From Torpedo marmorata (lineage: Eukaryota), in contig OZ360225.1 of the NCBI GenBank assembly GCA_977017645.1, forward strand, positions 62,372,001 through 62,436,000: a stretch of DNA of 64,000 bases. Reading direction: 5' to 3'. Of the stretch, positions 39,521 through 52,335 are shown in pieces; position 1 is the stretch's first letter; each line of letters opens with the position of its first letter. Under the pieces are notes generated by a model, which saw nothing but the letters and a program-made list of their open reading frames with translations, had not been told where the DNA came from and ran no database searches. Position numbers and translations under genes: made by a program.

Positions 39521-39639
39521 CTCCCATGAACGGGAAATTCTTTTCATGATCCCTCAATGTGCCGGTGTCTGGGGATCACAAGAAGAATTTCCTCATTATG
39601 AATGCCATATTTCTGGGAAGCTATCATCTGAGGGAGTCA

Positions 39640-39890
39640 AAGACTAATTTAACGACTCTTACTTTGCACATTATTCATTATTATTGATTATTTATTTTCT
39701 GTATTACACAGTCAGTTAGTTTGCACATTCTTCTTTGTTTACATTTCTCTCTTTTGAATGCACATTTTTTCTTAAGTACAGTTTTTGCACTACCAATAAG
39801 TAGAAATTCTGCCTGGCCCGCAGGAAAAAGAATTTCAGGGTTGTATGTAATGTCATGTATGTTCGCTGACAATAAATCTGAACTTTGAAC
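39640..39890 (+). mobile_element. Rex1-type LINE 3' UTR fragment
   Basis: gactcttactttgcac...gcaggaaaaagaatttcagggttgtatg...gacaataaatctgaactttgaac. Confidence 0.85.
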
Positions 39891-41109
39891 GCAGTATGGC
39901 AGAGTGGCGAGACATGGTCAAAACAGTGTGAGGTCATGAATTCAGGAGGCTCCTATTTTGGCTCTTGTGGCTTGGTGCCATTTCAAACTGGGTTGGCCAC
40001 GCTTGCCATTTTTTAATGATTGGGATTTCACACTACACATACTGTATTTTAGCACACAATCCTATTTCTTGGCATTTATTGTAAACAGGAAGACATCTAT
40101 CCTTAACCTAACTGGAAGATTTATGCAAGAAATGATTTCTATGAATTGACTCACCCTATCGAAATACGAAAAGCCAGCTTTGACTCTTTACAGAAAGAGA
40201 CCTCAAGAGGAGTTTTAATAGTGTGAAGAAGTAAATGTATATACTTCTCCCAAAAGAAAATCTACCAAGACAGATGCTGCCGAAAGGCAATGAAGTATTC
40301 TATGTGTTGGGTTGTTGAGACATTGATAACCAGCAATTGTGCACAGGAGCTTGGAAAAGCAAAAATTAAGAATGCAATACCACAACTAAACAAATGCTTA
40401 GACATTCAAAATGTACCATCTGCTCCACCAAAGTTATTGCACTGTGAATATTTATTATCTATTTTTTGTATTTATTGTTTCACTTTAATTCAATTTTTAA
40501 TTCAACTAAGTATACTTTTTTTTGCAGTTTTTGTGTTTTTTTTAATAAAGTACCTGTTCAGTTGCAGCAACTAATAAGTTTGGCACATGTATATTGTACA
40601 ATGTATATGACAATAAACTCATTATCATTAAAGAGCAAGAAAACATTTGAAAATGAAGAGCAAAACTCACTGGTAGAACAACTTGATCTATCTCCACAAC
40701 GGGTCATCAGGAGGGTGAAATAGTGTTAATTGGTGATGAAAGTTTGGAATCTTTTTAACTCATGGAAAGCAATAGGATGAATAAAGATAAAAAAAGGAGA
40801 AACACAATCAAAGAGATGAAACAAGGAGAGAAATTGGAAGATGATGAGAAAAAGAAAAAGAAAAAAGGAAAGAGAGAAAAAGTGAGAACTTATGAATACC
40901 CACATCCTTCAGGACCCAAGGAAGTACCAATGCTTTATAGCCCATGAAGTGTAGTCAAGGTCAGGAACACCAAACTTAGTTGTCACAGCAAGATTCTACA
41001 AAAAGCAATAATTTTAACAACCAAGTTATCTGCTGTGAGTTAAATATTGACCTGACACTAGAACTTCCAAGCTCAATTCTAAAAGGTTCAATGTAACTTC
41101 ATGAGAAAA

Positions 41110-41265
41110 TATGAAGCATGAAATAAATGACATTGGGACAAGCTCATGGATAGAAAAGGTTGAGAGGAATATGGGATAAGCACAGGCAATGGGACTAGTT
41201 TAGATATACAACTTGGTTGACATGGAAATTTTGGGCCAAAGGGCATGTAAAACTCAATGACTTTA
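41110..41265 (+). mobile_element. CR1-type 3' fragment
   Basis: catggatagaaaaggttgagaggaatatggg...caatgggactag, similar to 15265-15375 and 51355-51490. Confidence 0.6.
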
Positions 41266-42069
41266 ACAACAGATGACATCTCCTGCAGTATAGCACATGG
41301 TCTGATCTTAAGGCTCCTTAGAGCAGGAGATTGCAAACAAAAGTATAATGAAAGGGTAAAACTAATGAACTTCTTGATAGTTACACACAAGTCTCTGAAT
41401 TGGGACAAACTTGCAACTGTCTGATCCAAGCATAGAGTTTTGGCATTGAATTTGAGAATCATGGGAAGTCTTTCTATTGGTTCGACACAACTTCTAAATC
41501 CAACACCATAGGAACCTACGTGGAATTTCTAAAGAGATAAAATATTAGGAAGAAAGTTAGGAGAAAGAAAGTCAAAAAAATAAAAAGGGAAGGGTAGTCC
41601 AGCCGAGAGGACAGGGTGTCAGCAGATGAGCCAAAGATATGGGTTCTAGAATATTACCTGATCTCAAGCTCTTTGAACATAGATAATTACAGTTTGTCTC
41701 TGTGCTGCATGTGCTCTCTGTGTTGTCCCTCAGTGATGGAAACGAGGTTATAATTTTTTAATTGAACTCGTTGGGAGTAAGACATTTCATTTGTAATTCT
41801 GAGATTTTATAACTAAAGCCATGAATAGACAATAAATATTTGTTCCCCAATTAATTAAGTTGGAGTAGCAAGATACTGTATTGCTCAACATGGAAAATTG
41901 CCAGCATTTTTGCTGCAATTCCACAAATATAATCACATATTATTCTTTAAATTTAAGCCTTCGTTTTAGACTGATCAAATTTATTTAATTTACTGTTGGC
42001 AGGTAATTCTAATGCATTGGTTCAGGATTTGCAGTGATGTAGTGTGCAAACGAGTTCTCCATTTTGTAT

Positions 42070-42370
42070 TAAAAAGACAGAAATGCTGGAGAAACTCAAC
42101 AGGTCTTGCAGCATCCTTAAGAGGTAAAGATATATAACAAACGTTTCGGGCCTGAGCCCTTCTTCAATGTATGAGTGAAAAGCAGGCAAGCACCTGAATT
42201 AAAAGGCTGGGAAAAAGGAAAGAAAAGTCAGGGGGAAGAGTACAAACTAATAGACAAAAGGAGTTAATTGGATATGGATAGGAGAGAGGAAAGGTGAGAA
42301 TTTATTGGGGGAGGGGGGCTTGGCTCTGTGAATACAGAGCTGGGCAAAAGGAGACAGTGAAAATGGAAGA

Positions 42371-42407
<37 letters not shown>

Positions 42408-43433
42408 AGAGGAAAGGAGATATAGGGATAGATTGGGGGGGGGGCTAACGTAAACTAGAGACGTCGATGTTATGGAGGGTGCCCAGACGGAATATGAGGT
42501 GTTGTTCTTCCAATTTGCAGGTGGTCTCAGTCTGGCAGTGCACCAGACCATGGACAGACACATTGGCAAGGGAATGGGGCAGGGAATTGAAATGGGTGGC
42601 CACTGGGAGATCCCTGCTTTTGGGCCAGACAGAGCCGAGGTGCTCAATGAAGTGACCTCCCAGTTTGCGTCTAGTCCCTCTGATATTGAGGAGAACACAG
42701 CAGGAGCACAGGATGCAGTAGATGACCCCTGCAGTTTCATAAGTGAAGTGTTGCTTCACTTGGAAGGACTGTTTGGGGCCCCGAATGGTGGTGAATGAGG
42801 AGGTGTGGGCACAAGTAGAGCATCTCCTGCGGTCACAGGGGTAGGTGATAAGGGTGCAATTGGTGGGAAGGGAGGAATGGATTAGGAAGTCACAGAGGGA
42901 GTGGTCCCTGTGGAAGGCGGAAAGGAGAGGAGAGGGGAATATGTGTCTGGTGGTGGAATCACGTGGTAGGTGGTGGAAATACCGGAGGATGATATGTTGG
43001 ATGCAGAGGCTAGTGGGGTGGTAGATGAGGACAAGTGGAATCCTGCCTTTGTTGCACGTGGGGGCGGAGGGGGCCAGGGCAGATGTGCGGGTAATGGAGG
43101 ATATGCGGGTGAGGGCAGTTGATGGTGGTAGATGGGAAGCCACATTTTTTGAAGGATGACATCTCAGATGATCTGGCATGGAAGACCTTGTCCTGGGAGT
43201 AGATGCGACGGAGACGGAGAAATTGAGAGAAAGGAATGGAATCCTTACAGGGGACAGGGTATGAAGAGGAGTAGTCGAGGTAGCTGTGGGAGTTGTTGGG
43301 TTTGTAGAAGATGCCTATTGAGTCTGTCCCCCGAGCTGGAGATAGAGATTGAGAAAGGGGAGAGTGTTGCTAGAGATGGACCAAGTGAATTTGAGGTTGA
43401 GGTGGAAGTTGGCAGTAAAGTGGATAAAGTTGA
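42070..43433 (-). mobile_element. 5'-truncated Neptune-type Penelope-like element: RT C-terminus, degenerate GIY-YIG endonuclease, (TC)n tract and terminus
   Basis: ORF 42445..43179 contains RIPLVLIYHP, CDRRRCSTC, VIYCILCSCC..LNIRGT (decayed GIY-YIG), PVATHFN and KLEEQHLIFRLGTL. The terminus carries the hammerhead-like core. Confidence 0.9.
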
Positions 43434-43947
43434 TATATAATTCTTCTAATCAGAAATGTTTTCAGGATCCCAGACCATATTTCAAAATCATTCCAAGATC
43501 CATGTCTGCACTTGCTCAGGCAGTGACTAATGCCCAGTTTCCCCACTTCATCCAATCACTGGTCTTCTGGTAACATAAATGCTTGACTCATGTTCCTACT
43601 AACACTATTCTGAGACATCTGAGCAGCAGAACTTCAATTGTTGAAATTCAAAGAAAGGGCTGAGATAAAACCACATTACTTTACTGACAACTCAGTAGCT
43701 TCAAGCTAGAGTAAATGCGTGGATAATCAGTGAAGTCCAAATGTTGATGTCCAAGGTGCAATTTTCCTCCAATAGCTTCGTGGAGAAAACATTGTGTTGT
43801 TTGCTTCACCGCTGAAATGCATTGAATTGTGCAGTTAATGTATTTGTTTGGCCAATATTCAGCAGGCCAGGGAATGATGCCTTGTACATTTAAACCCATA
43901 AAGACCCTTTTAACCTCATGTTACTGCTAGTCAACTGCCAGTCAATG

Positions 43948-44476
43948 GGTGGCACAGGAGCACAGTTACCATGATTCAATCTTGACCTTGGGTGCTATTT
44001 GAGTGGAGTTTGTCTGGTCTCCCTGTGACCATGTGGGTCTGGTCTGGGTTCTCCAGTTTCTTCCTACATCACAAAGGTGTACTGGTTAGAGAAACACAAA
44101 CACCGCAGATGTTGAAATTTTGAGCAAAATAATTAGTTGCTGGTGGGATTCAGCAGGTCAGGCAGCATCCATGGGCAGAAATGGTCAGTCAATGTTTCAA
44201 GTTGGGACCCTTTATCAACACTCAAAAATGGGTCCCGACCTGAAATGTTGACTGACTACTTCTGCCCATGAATGCTACCTGACCCGCTGAGTTCCTCCTG
44301 CATCTCATTGATGTGCAGGTTAATTGGCTTCAGTATGTAAACAAGAGGTTGAATCAAGGAAATAATTGGGTAAATAAAATGGGATAGGGTAGGATTAGTG
44401 TAAAACTAGTGGTTGATGGTTGGCAGTAGCCATGGTCATTGTCAGTCAGTGGCCTGGTTCCACACTGTATAACTCT
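43948..44476 (+). mobile_element. Old V-SINE-like element interrupted by a palindromic Penelope-derived insert (about 44089-44305)
   Basis: SINE core gtggagtttgtctggtctccctgtgaccatgtggg. The insert has arms cagcaggtcaggcagcatccatgggcagaa and ttctgcccatgaatgctacctgacccgctg. Confidence 0.7.
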
Positions 44477-44497
44477 CACACCAACTAAGTTGATGAG

Positions 44498-44745
44498 TGG
44501 CATGGTAGCGTTGTGGTTAGTGCAATGCTATTACACCGCCGGCGACCCGGGTTCGAATCTGCCGCTGTCTATAAGGAGTTTGTACGTTCTCCCCAATCTG
44601 CGTGGATTTCTTCTGGTTGCTCTGGTTTCCTCCCACGTTCCAAAGTCGTACACGTTAGCCAGTTCTTTGGTCACGTGTGTAATTGGGTGGTGCGGGCTCA
44701 TGGGCCGGAAGAGCATGTAACTGTTCTGTTTCTGAATTAAAATTA
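44498..44745 (+). mobile_element. tRNA-derived V-SINE-like element, full length
   Basis: A-box-like tggtagcgttgtgg, B box ggttcgaatc, core ggagtttgtacgttctcccc, CR1-like 3' end and A-rich tail. Confidence 0.85.
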
Positions 44746-44850
44746 TATAAAATTCTGAGGCACCAAAATGTGACCATTATAATTTCATCGTTATTCCAAC
44801 AAGTTTTAATTGTGTCTTGATTTTTTGTGTGTTTCTCTCTCTCAGGCCCA

Positions 44851-45637
44851 CCGTCGGAGGGCAGCAGCAATCATCAAGTCAAGTCAAGTCACCTTTATTT
44901 GTCGTTCATTACCATATACACGGTAAGACGAGATAGCGTTTCTCCAAGACCATGGGCAGATGTACATAAATATCATAATACAATAGAAAAAACTATAGCA
45001 TGCTAATACACATATATATCTAGGAATGGAGGAGCCTGATGGCTTGGGGGAAAAAACTGTTGCACAGTCTGGACGTACGAGCCCGAGTGCTTCGGTACCT
45101 CCTTCCAGATGGCAAAGGGGAAAACAGTTTACCAAAGGGGTGTGAGAAGTCTTTCACAATGTTTTTAGCCTTCCTCATGCATCGTGTGTTGTAGATGTCT
45201 GTCATGGTGGGGAGAGAGACTCCAATAATTTTCTCCGCTGCCCTCACTATCCTCACCACCCAGGACACGCACTGTTCTTGCTGCTGCCATCAGAAAAGAG
45301 GGATAGGTGCCACAAGACTCGCACCACCAGGTTGAGGAACGGTTGCTACCCCTCCACCATCAGACTCCTCAATGACAAACTCAATCAGAGACTCATTTAA
45401 GGACTCTTACTTGTGCACTTTATTGATTTTTCTTTTCTTCTCTCTGTATTGCACAGTCAGTTTGTTTATATTCGTTATCGGTTTACAGTTCTTTTAATTG
45501 TTTACATGTTTACGCTGTGTAGTTTATTTTTTGCACTACCAATTAGTGGTAATTCTGCCGCGCCCACAGGAAAAAAGAATCTCAGGGTTGTATGTGATGT
45601 CATGTATGTACTCTGACAATAAATCTGAAATATGAAA
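44851..45637 (+). mobile_element. Rex1-type LINE 3' end, split by the nested insertion (pieces 44851-44877 and 45255-45637)
   Basis: Both pieces align in order to 32393-32807. Confidence 0.88.
44874..45254 (-). mobile_element. Rex-type LINE 3' fragment with (CTTGA)n tail, nested in another Rex copy
   Basis: ORF 45020..45268 encodes RIVRAAEKIIG...DFSHP..LFSPLPSGRRYRS. Minus strand ends aaataaaggtgacttgacttgacttga. Confidence 0.85.
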
Positions 45638-45849
45638 ATCTTTTTCTTTTTACTCCCCCATCTGCATCTGATTAGAAATTTAATTCAAGTGATTAGAAAT
45701 TAACTCCCCTCCTCAGTCCTTTCACACGCTTTCCCCCTGACTGGTCAAGAAGATGTACAGTTGCCTAACCTTCTTTATTTGGGTGTGGTTTCTTGTTTTC
45801 TCCGCCCAACCCAACAGTATTATCAAATCTTAACGTTATCAAATCAAAA

Positions 45850-46933
45850 CTTTGTCGACTACACTTCGGCATTTAACACCATCATCCCCTCAAAACTGAT
45901 CAGCAAACTCCAAGACCTGGGACTCAACACCCCGCTGTGTAATTGGATCATGGATTTCCTCACCTCCAGACCACAATCAGTGAGGATTGGTAAGAACATC
46001 TTCTCCACAATCTCCATCAGTACCGGAGCACCACAGGGCTGCGTTCTTAGCCCCCTGCTCTACTCACTATACACCTATGACTGTGTGGCTCCCAACGACA
46101 ACAACACCATCTACAAATTTGCTGATGATACCACAGTTGAGGGTTGTAAAACAAGGGGCGATGAGTCAGCATACAGGAGGGAGATTGAAAACTTGGCTGA
46201 ATGGTGCACCAACAACAATCTCACACTCAACGTCACCAAAACCAAGGAGGTGATTGTTGACTTCAGGAAGGGAAAACCAGAGGTGTACGATCCAGTGATC
46301 ATTGGGGGAATCAGAGGTGGAGAGAGTGAGCAAATTTAAGTTCTTAGGAGTCACTATCTCGGAGGATCTTTCCTTTTCACAGATGTGTGGTGGAAAGTGT
46401 GCTGACCGGCTGCATTATGGTCTGGTATGGGGACATCAATACCCCTGAACATAAAATCTTGCAAAAGGTAGTGGACATAGCCCAGTACATCACAGGTAAA
46501 ACTGTCCCCACCATCATCTAGAGGGAACACTGCCGTAGGAGAGCAGCAGAAAAGATCAAGGATCTACACTGCCATAGGAGAGCAGCAGCAATGATCAAGG
46601 ATCCATACCATTAGGAAAGAGGTATAGGTGCCACAAGACTCACACCTCCAGGTTCAGGAACAGCAGCTACCCCTCCACCATCAGACTACTCAACAACAAA
46701 CTCAATCAGGGACTTATTCAAGGACTCTTACTTTTGCACTTTATTAATTTTTTTTCTCTCTCTGTATTGCACAGTTTGTATGCATTTCTTTATTTGTTTA
46801 CATGTGTACATTGAGTCCGTTTTTAATTGCACTGCCAATAAGTAGCAATTTTGCCTCGCCTGCAGGAAAAGAATCTCAGGGTTTTATGTCATGTCAAGTA
46901 TGTACTCCAACAATAAACTTGAAATCTGAAATC
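45850..46933 (+). mobile_element. Rex1/Babar LINE fragment with frameshift, internal deletion and a 39-bp tandem duplication (46527-46604)
   Basis: [23 protein letters not shown] and KFADD motifs, and a caataaacttgaaatctgaaatc tail. Confidence 0.9.
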
Positions 46934-48326
46934 CCATCCCCACCCGCTTGCCGGTGAGATCAGAATCAGAATCAGAATTTATTGTCATGAAATTAGAAAT
47001 CTAAAGTGTCAAGGGTATCTCTAAACAATGGCAGGTGGTGTAAGCTGCTCTGCTTCAACAAAACAAGGCCCATTACTTCGAAGGGTTGTAAATACGTTTC
47101 ATAACTAATTGGTAAGAGATACAGGGTTAAACATATAACAACACCCCTCAGGCCTTTGGTGTGTGCAAAAGTATTCAGAAGTCTCAATTTACATAGTTAT
47201 TTCTATTTCCCATTTCTTGTCCAGTAGTGTGTGTTGGGGTGGGGGTGGGAGTGGAAGGTGAGTGTGTCAGAAATGGGAAAATTCCATCATTTTGACTGTG
47301 AGGTCAAGCAGAGCACTTCGCCCATTTATAGCCGGAGACAATAGTGGCCTTTGTAATGAATAACACTCAAATAGTTTTTACTGCTGATCCCTATTCAGTT
47401 ACTGCAGCTGCTAGTGGGAGTGTGGGGTGGGGACAGAGAGAGACGGATGACCAATGCTCAGCTTCAGAGGGGTGAGCGGGGAGTTGTTTCCAACATGAGG
47501 GAGTCTGATTTCCGACTGCAGTGATGGCCTTTGTATATTGGCTGGCGGCAATTTCGGACCTCAGGAAACAGCACTGCAAAGCCACTTGTCTTGCTGCCTG
47601 GAGTTGTCAAGGCTCTAGACATGTACAGAAAGGTTAAACTTGTAGAAGAAATTGAATCACCTACATTATGATAGGCCCATTGTCACCATGAACCAATTTG
47701 CTACTTTGCTTTTCATTCTGCCTTTGTTATCCCAGAACATTGTGTTTTAAAAAAAAAAATGTCACAAGCCGGATTGCTGACCAGGTCATCCCTAATTTCT
47801 GTTATGATGGAGAAAATAAGAAGTCTTCTTGCCCCTCTGCTGTTTTGTGTGGTGAGGGTGCTCCCATACTGCTGTTGAGGTGGGATGTACAGGACTTGGA
47901 ACCAATGACAACCAAGCAATATATTTACAAGTGCGGCTGCTGGGTGACTTGGAGATCTCAGGAGGTGGAGATCTCAAATAGCACTGCCTTTATTTTTAAT
48001 AGTGGTAGAGGCTGCAGGTTTGTGCAGTGCTGGTGAACTTGCCTGTAGATGGTATACTCTGCAGTCACTGTGTGCAGGTGGGTGGAGGGATTATGGTCTG
48101 CCCTGGACGTTGTTGACACTGGGATGGAGATTTTAAATATTTTGTCTTTCAGGCAAAGTCTGCAGATGCTGGTTTGATATCCTTGGAGGCCTCACCAGGA
48201 TTCAGGTACCTACGCTGCATTGACCGCTGCTCTCTTCACTTCTCTCTTGCATTCGGCCCTAACCCTACCTGTCTTGGTGAGGTGGGGGGGGGGAGGGGGG
48301 TTAAAATTCACCTGTGTGCGTGAATG

Positions 48327-48330
<4 letters not shown>

Positions 48331-48357
<27 letters not shown>
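48331..48357. repeat. (GA)n microsatellite
   Basis: Read directly from the sequence. Confidence 0.9.
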
Positions 48358-49454
48358 AAACTGTAGGTCGACCCAGCACAATTATCTCTCCTTCATGAGC
48401 CATTCATAGTTACTTTCATGGAGCTAGATGCAGTTGTAAAACCATAAGCCAGAAGAAAACCAAGACAAAAGTAGTTTACTACCAAACCTGCATCAGGAAA
48501 AAATTAAGAACAATAAAGCAATAGACTTTAGCCTTTCTGCCAAAAACAAAACTCCAAGATCAACAATAGCTTGGAATGAACTTCATAGATTTCCTGTGTT
48601 TTAGTAAAAATGTGAAAAGAAAATAATATTTTTAGGCACTTCAGATGACAAAATGGCCTTCCTAAAAATCTCTCCGCGTAGCCCTGAAATATCCACCATC
48701 TCTGCACTGTGGCATTTTACAGAAATCATTTTGAGATAGAAATCTTTCAACGTTTTCTTAATGAATAAGGTATTTACTTCCCTGGCAGACGTGAATATAA
48801 CTCATTACTTTACAAGAAAGCCCTCTTTATTAAATGTTCCTGCAGGCCCACTTAATGCACGGTATCTATTGCCTCATGCACTGGTATAACCTGCAGCACT
48901 AATGTACCTTCCAAACCTGGCTATGCATGCAAAATTCCATGAGTGACAATGGCCACCTTGCTCTAGACATTCGGTCTTTCTTAAATCTACCCCACCCATG
49001 CAAAAAACCCCATCCTCCTCATGTTCCATCTTTTGACCCACATTAGCAGCCTTTGTGGTTCATGACTTTGGTCTCTATGATTTCTACACAGAAACACAGT
49101 TGGCTGTCCAATGGATGGGTATGTTTGTGTTGGTTCAACGTGGACCAAATGAGCTTTTCCGTATCCTGCATCAACCCCACACCTCTTCCTTCACAATCCT
49201 CCTTCATATGTCATAGAGTGTACCACCTAGTGGCTTAGATCAGAACCTGTGATGTCTGACCATCAGAAATACTGGGAATGTGATCACACTTATATTCTGG
49301 ACCTAACAACAGATTTGGAAAGCAGATAACTTCATGTCTAAATCTGCCAGTTCTCTCCATTGCTAATTTCCAGGCAGAATCCAGTAGCATGGCCTTGTCT
49401 TGTGGCTGGATGTGAGAATCCACTGATTTCAATGGGGATTTTAGGGATGTACAT

Positions 49455-49835
49455 CAGAGACAGAGTCACAGAAAAAGGCTCCTTCAACCCAGCTTGTCCA
49501 TGTTGTCCAACCAAGTCCCATTTCCCGCTCAACCTTACCAAACCATGTACCAGTCCAAATGTTTTTTTGAAAATTACATTTGTTTCCTCTTCTACTACTT
49601 CCTCTGGCAGCTTGTTCCATATATCGAGCCCGTTCATGAGAAGGTGCCCCTAAGATCCCTTTTAAATCCTTCCCCTCTCACTTTAAATCTATACCCTCTA
49701 GTTTTAGATTTTCCTACCCTGAGAAAAAGACTATGATGATTTACATTATCTATGGCCCTCGTTATTTTATAAACCTGCATAAGGTCCCTCCTCAGCCTCC
49801 AATACTCCAGGGAGAAACATCCCAGCCTATTCATT
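49455..49835 (-). mobile_element. CR1-clade LINE 3' fragment
   Basis: ORFs give RLGCFSLEYWRLRRDLMQVYKI, KTRGYRFKVRG and WNKLPEEVVE, which are CR1 ORF2 C-terminal motifs. Confidence 0.85.
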
Positions 49836-51284
49836 TAGAGGCAGAGGAGAGGCTAAATAATTTTTAAATAATTTCTCTTTTGTTCACTTTAAATTGTTGG
49901 GAATTCTTTATTTAAAATGATTTTAGCTGTTTAGTTAACTATTCATTCATAATTGTTAACAAATAAATAGTTGTAAATGCACCTGAATGAGAGAGACATT
50001 TAAAAATAATTAAAGTCATAGTCTTTGCAGGTGGCAAAGCTGAGTGTGTGACTTCACCAGCCAGAGGCAAGTTCAGGGGTGGGGCTTCTCCAAACATCTG
50101 GAGTCCAGGATGCTTCATGTCTGATGACTGGCGCTCCACATCTGAACTAGGTTAGTACAGCTGTGGTGTGAAGCACAAGACAGCCATTCTACACAGGTGA
50201 TCAGGTTAATGAGATCTGGCCCATTAACGCAACGCAGTCAACTGCAGTGTTTAAAAGGATTTCAACTTGCGTATCATGTGAATTGAATTGTTTATTGTCA
50301 CGTGTACTGAAATACAGTGAAAAACTGTTTTATGTGCTATTCAGTCATGTCAACTTATCCTCGAGTACAACACGTAGTGCAAAAATAAAACAGAAGTTCA
50401 GAGTATGTGTTAGAGAGAAACAGTTCAGTTAAAAATGGAGCAAAGGCAGCATCATTTTACTCATGAGAGGTCTGTTCAATAGTCTGATAACAGCAGGGAA
50501 CAAATTGTCCTCAAATCTGGTGGTATGTGTTTTCAAACTCATGCTGCCTCACTGGAGAATCATGGAAACTTCTTCAATGAATTCAAGATTTTCTTCTCTT
50601 TCTGAATGTGAACAAACTTTTAAAGCGACACTAAGGTCAAGGCAGCAACCACGAGATGCAAGACAAAGAGAATGTACATAGTATCAGAGGAAAATGGTAA
50701 CACAGAATACACATTTCTGTGTCAGTCAATAGTTACCCCTTCTCACCTACCAGCGCCAGGTCCATTGCCCTTCTGGTACGTATCCACATACTATTTAAAA
50801 GTTGAAAAGTTATATAGTTATATGACGAGTTCTGAATTCTTAAAGCCCTTAAGATTGTAGAGCATGCCAAATAATGAGAATTACACTGTTGTTAACTCGT
50901 GCATTAGAACAGGAATTTGTGCAGTTTTAGTTTTAGCAAACTAATGGTGGAAGGGGCTAACATTTTGTCAGTGAGAGGAACAGGCAGGGTTAGAGTAGAG
51001 GTAATGGTCCAGCAGTGAAACAAGGAGAGCAGCAAGAGAGCTTAGGTCAGGGAAGAACAGGTTGCAAGGCATGATGGGGAACAAGGAGAGTGAAGAAGTA
51101 TCACCAAATAGATGTTCCTTCTATTCTCCATCCTCAGGAAGCACAAGGTGCTAATACAGTCTTTCCAGATAATCTGTTCTAATTTGGGTTTTATAGATTA
51201 AGAACATTTAAGGAGAAAGTATGTGTTTAGCATGAAAAAGGAACCCAAAGATTTCAGTGGCTTTGGCAATGGAGTTGAGGTGGG

Positions 51285-51515
51285 TAAATAGAACCATCTG
51301 CCCGAGGAATTAATAGAGGCAGGTACAATTGTAATGTTTAAAAGATATTTAAAGAGGTACATGGATAGGAAAGGTTGAGAAGGATATGAGCCAAATGCTG
51401 GCAAATAAGACTAGCTTGGATAGAAAACTTGGTCGGTAAGAACAAGTTAGACTGAAGGGTCTCTTTCTGTGCTGTAAAATTCCATGACTCTAAAAATTTA
51501 TGACTCTATGACTCC
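51285..51515 (+). mobile_element. CR1-type 3' end with (CTATGACT)-like tail
   Basis: gaaccatctgcccgaggaa...gtacatggataggaaagg...catgactct...tatgactctatgactcc. Confidence 0.75.
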
Positions 51516-51727
51516 ATTACCTTTACTTGAGGTTATTGCAAGTAAGGAAGTTGACAGTTGTTCAAAGGACTAAATTCGATGCATTTAAAGAAGAAATAAG
51601 AAATAAAATACAGTAAATGTGTAATACTTTATTGAATATGGGTAAAATAGAATGTTTCAGACCTGCATTGCAAAAAGCACCAGATGTCACGTACATTGAA
51701 GACTTGTGACCTGAAGGACATTGATAA

Positions 51728-52335
51728 CACTGGACAACATATTTTTTCAAAAGGTTTGCTTCCTGAAAAAAAATGGGGATAATGATAGACAACTTCAAGC
51801 TGAACTCAAAGATAATTTCAGATTTGCTGAATCATGTAGGAAGTTGGAGAAACATTAAATTAACTTTTATTGAATTTAGCATGTTTAATCACATAATGAT
51901 GCTGACACATTACGTTCGTTTAACTGACCTAAAAATGTTCTGCCGCTGACTTTCATCCCAGCACCTGATGCCTCTCGTGTCAGTGTCCAACAATAGTCAT
52001 CCAGGATTGATGGATTCCAGTTGCCCTGATACAGCTTTTCCATGGTCGCAATGTCCTGGTGAAACCTTTCACCATGTTCGTCACTGACTGGACCAAGATC
52101 AGCAGGGAAGAAGTCCAAGAGCGAATGCAGAAAATGAATTTTCAATTTCATATTGCATTTCATGTTTTGTATTTTTGAAGTAGACTTAAAATATGGCAGG
52201 AAATCACAAAAATATGTTATATCTAAAAAATGGTACGTGATAGGAAAGTTTTAAGGTGATTTTTGTGATCAGCAGCCCCAAATCCATAAAATACACCCAA
52301 AAGTGTACAGGAAGCAAAATCTTTGTTGTCCAATG
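51728..52335 (-). mobile_element. Chapaev3 (CMC superfamily) DNA transposon, internally deleted, 608 bp
   Basis: TIRs CACTGGACAACA and TGTTGTCCAATG, a TAA 3-bp TSD on both sides, and ORF 51885..52163 with HFLHS.LDFFP..LG.VSDEHGERFHQDI..ME..YQG.W....DYCW. Confidence 0.88.

Noticed and set aside
44498-44570. tRNA gene (also 58030-58100)
   Set aside because: A and B boxes are present but there is no full cloverleaf, and both continue into a SINE core and tail.
47236-48300. G-rich runs as functional G-quadruplexes (47236-47260, 48281-48300)
   Set aside because: Short simple G tracts next to microsatellites, with nothing else to suggest function.
51885-52163. Internal inversion in the Chapaev3 element, or a domesticated transposase gene
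   Set aside because: ORF, AATAAA and terminus are all collinear on the minus strand, and only a short C-terminal remnant survives.
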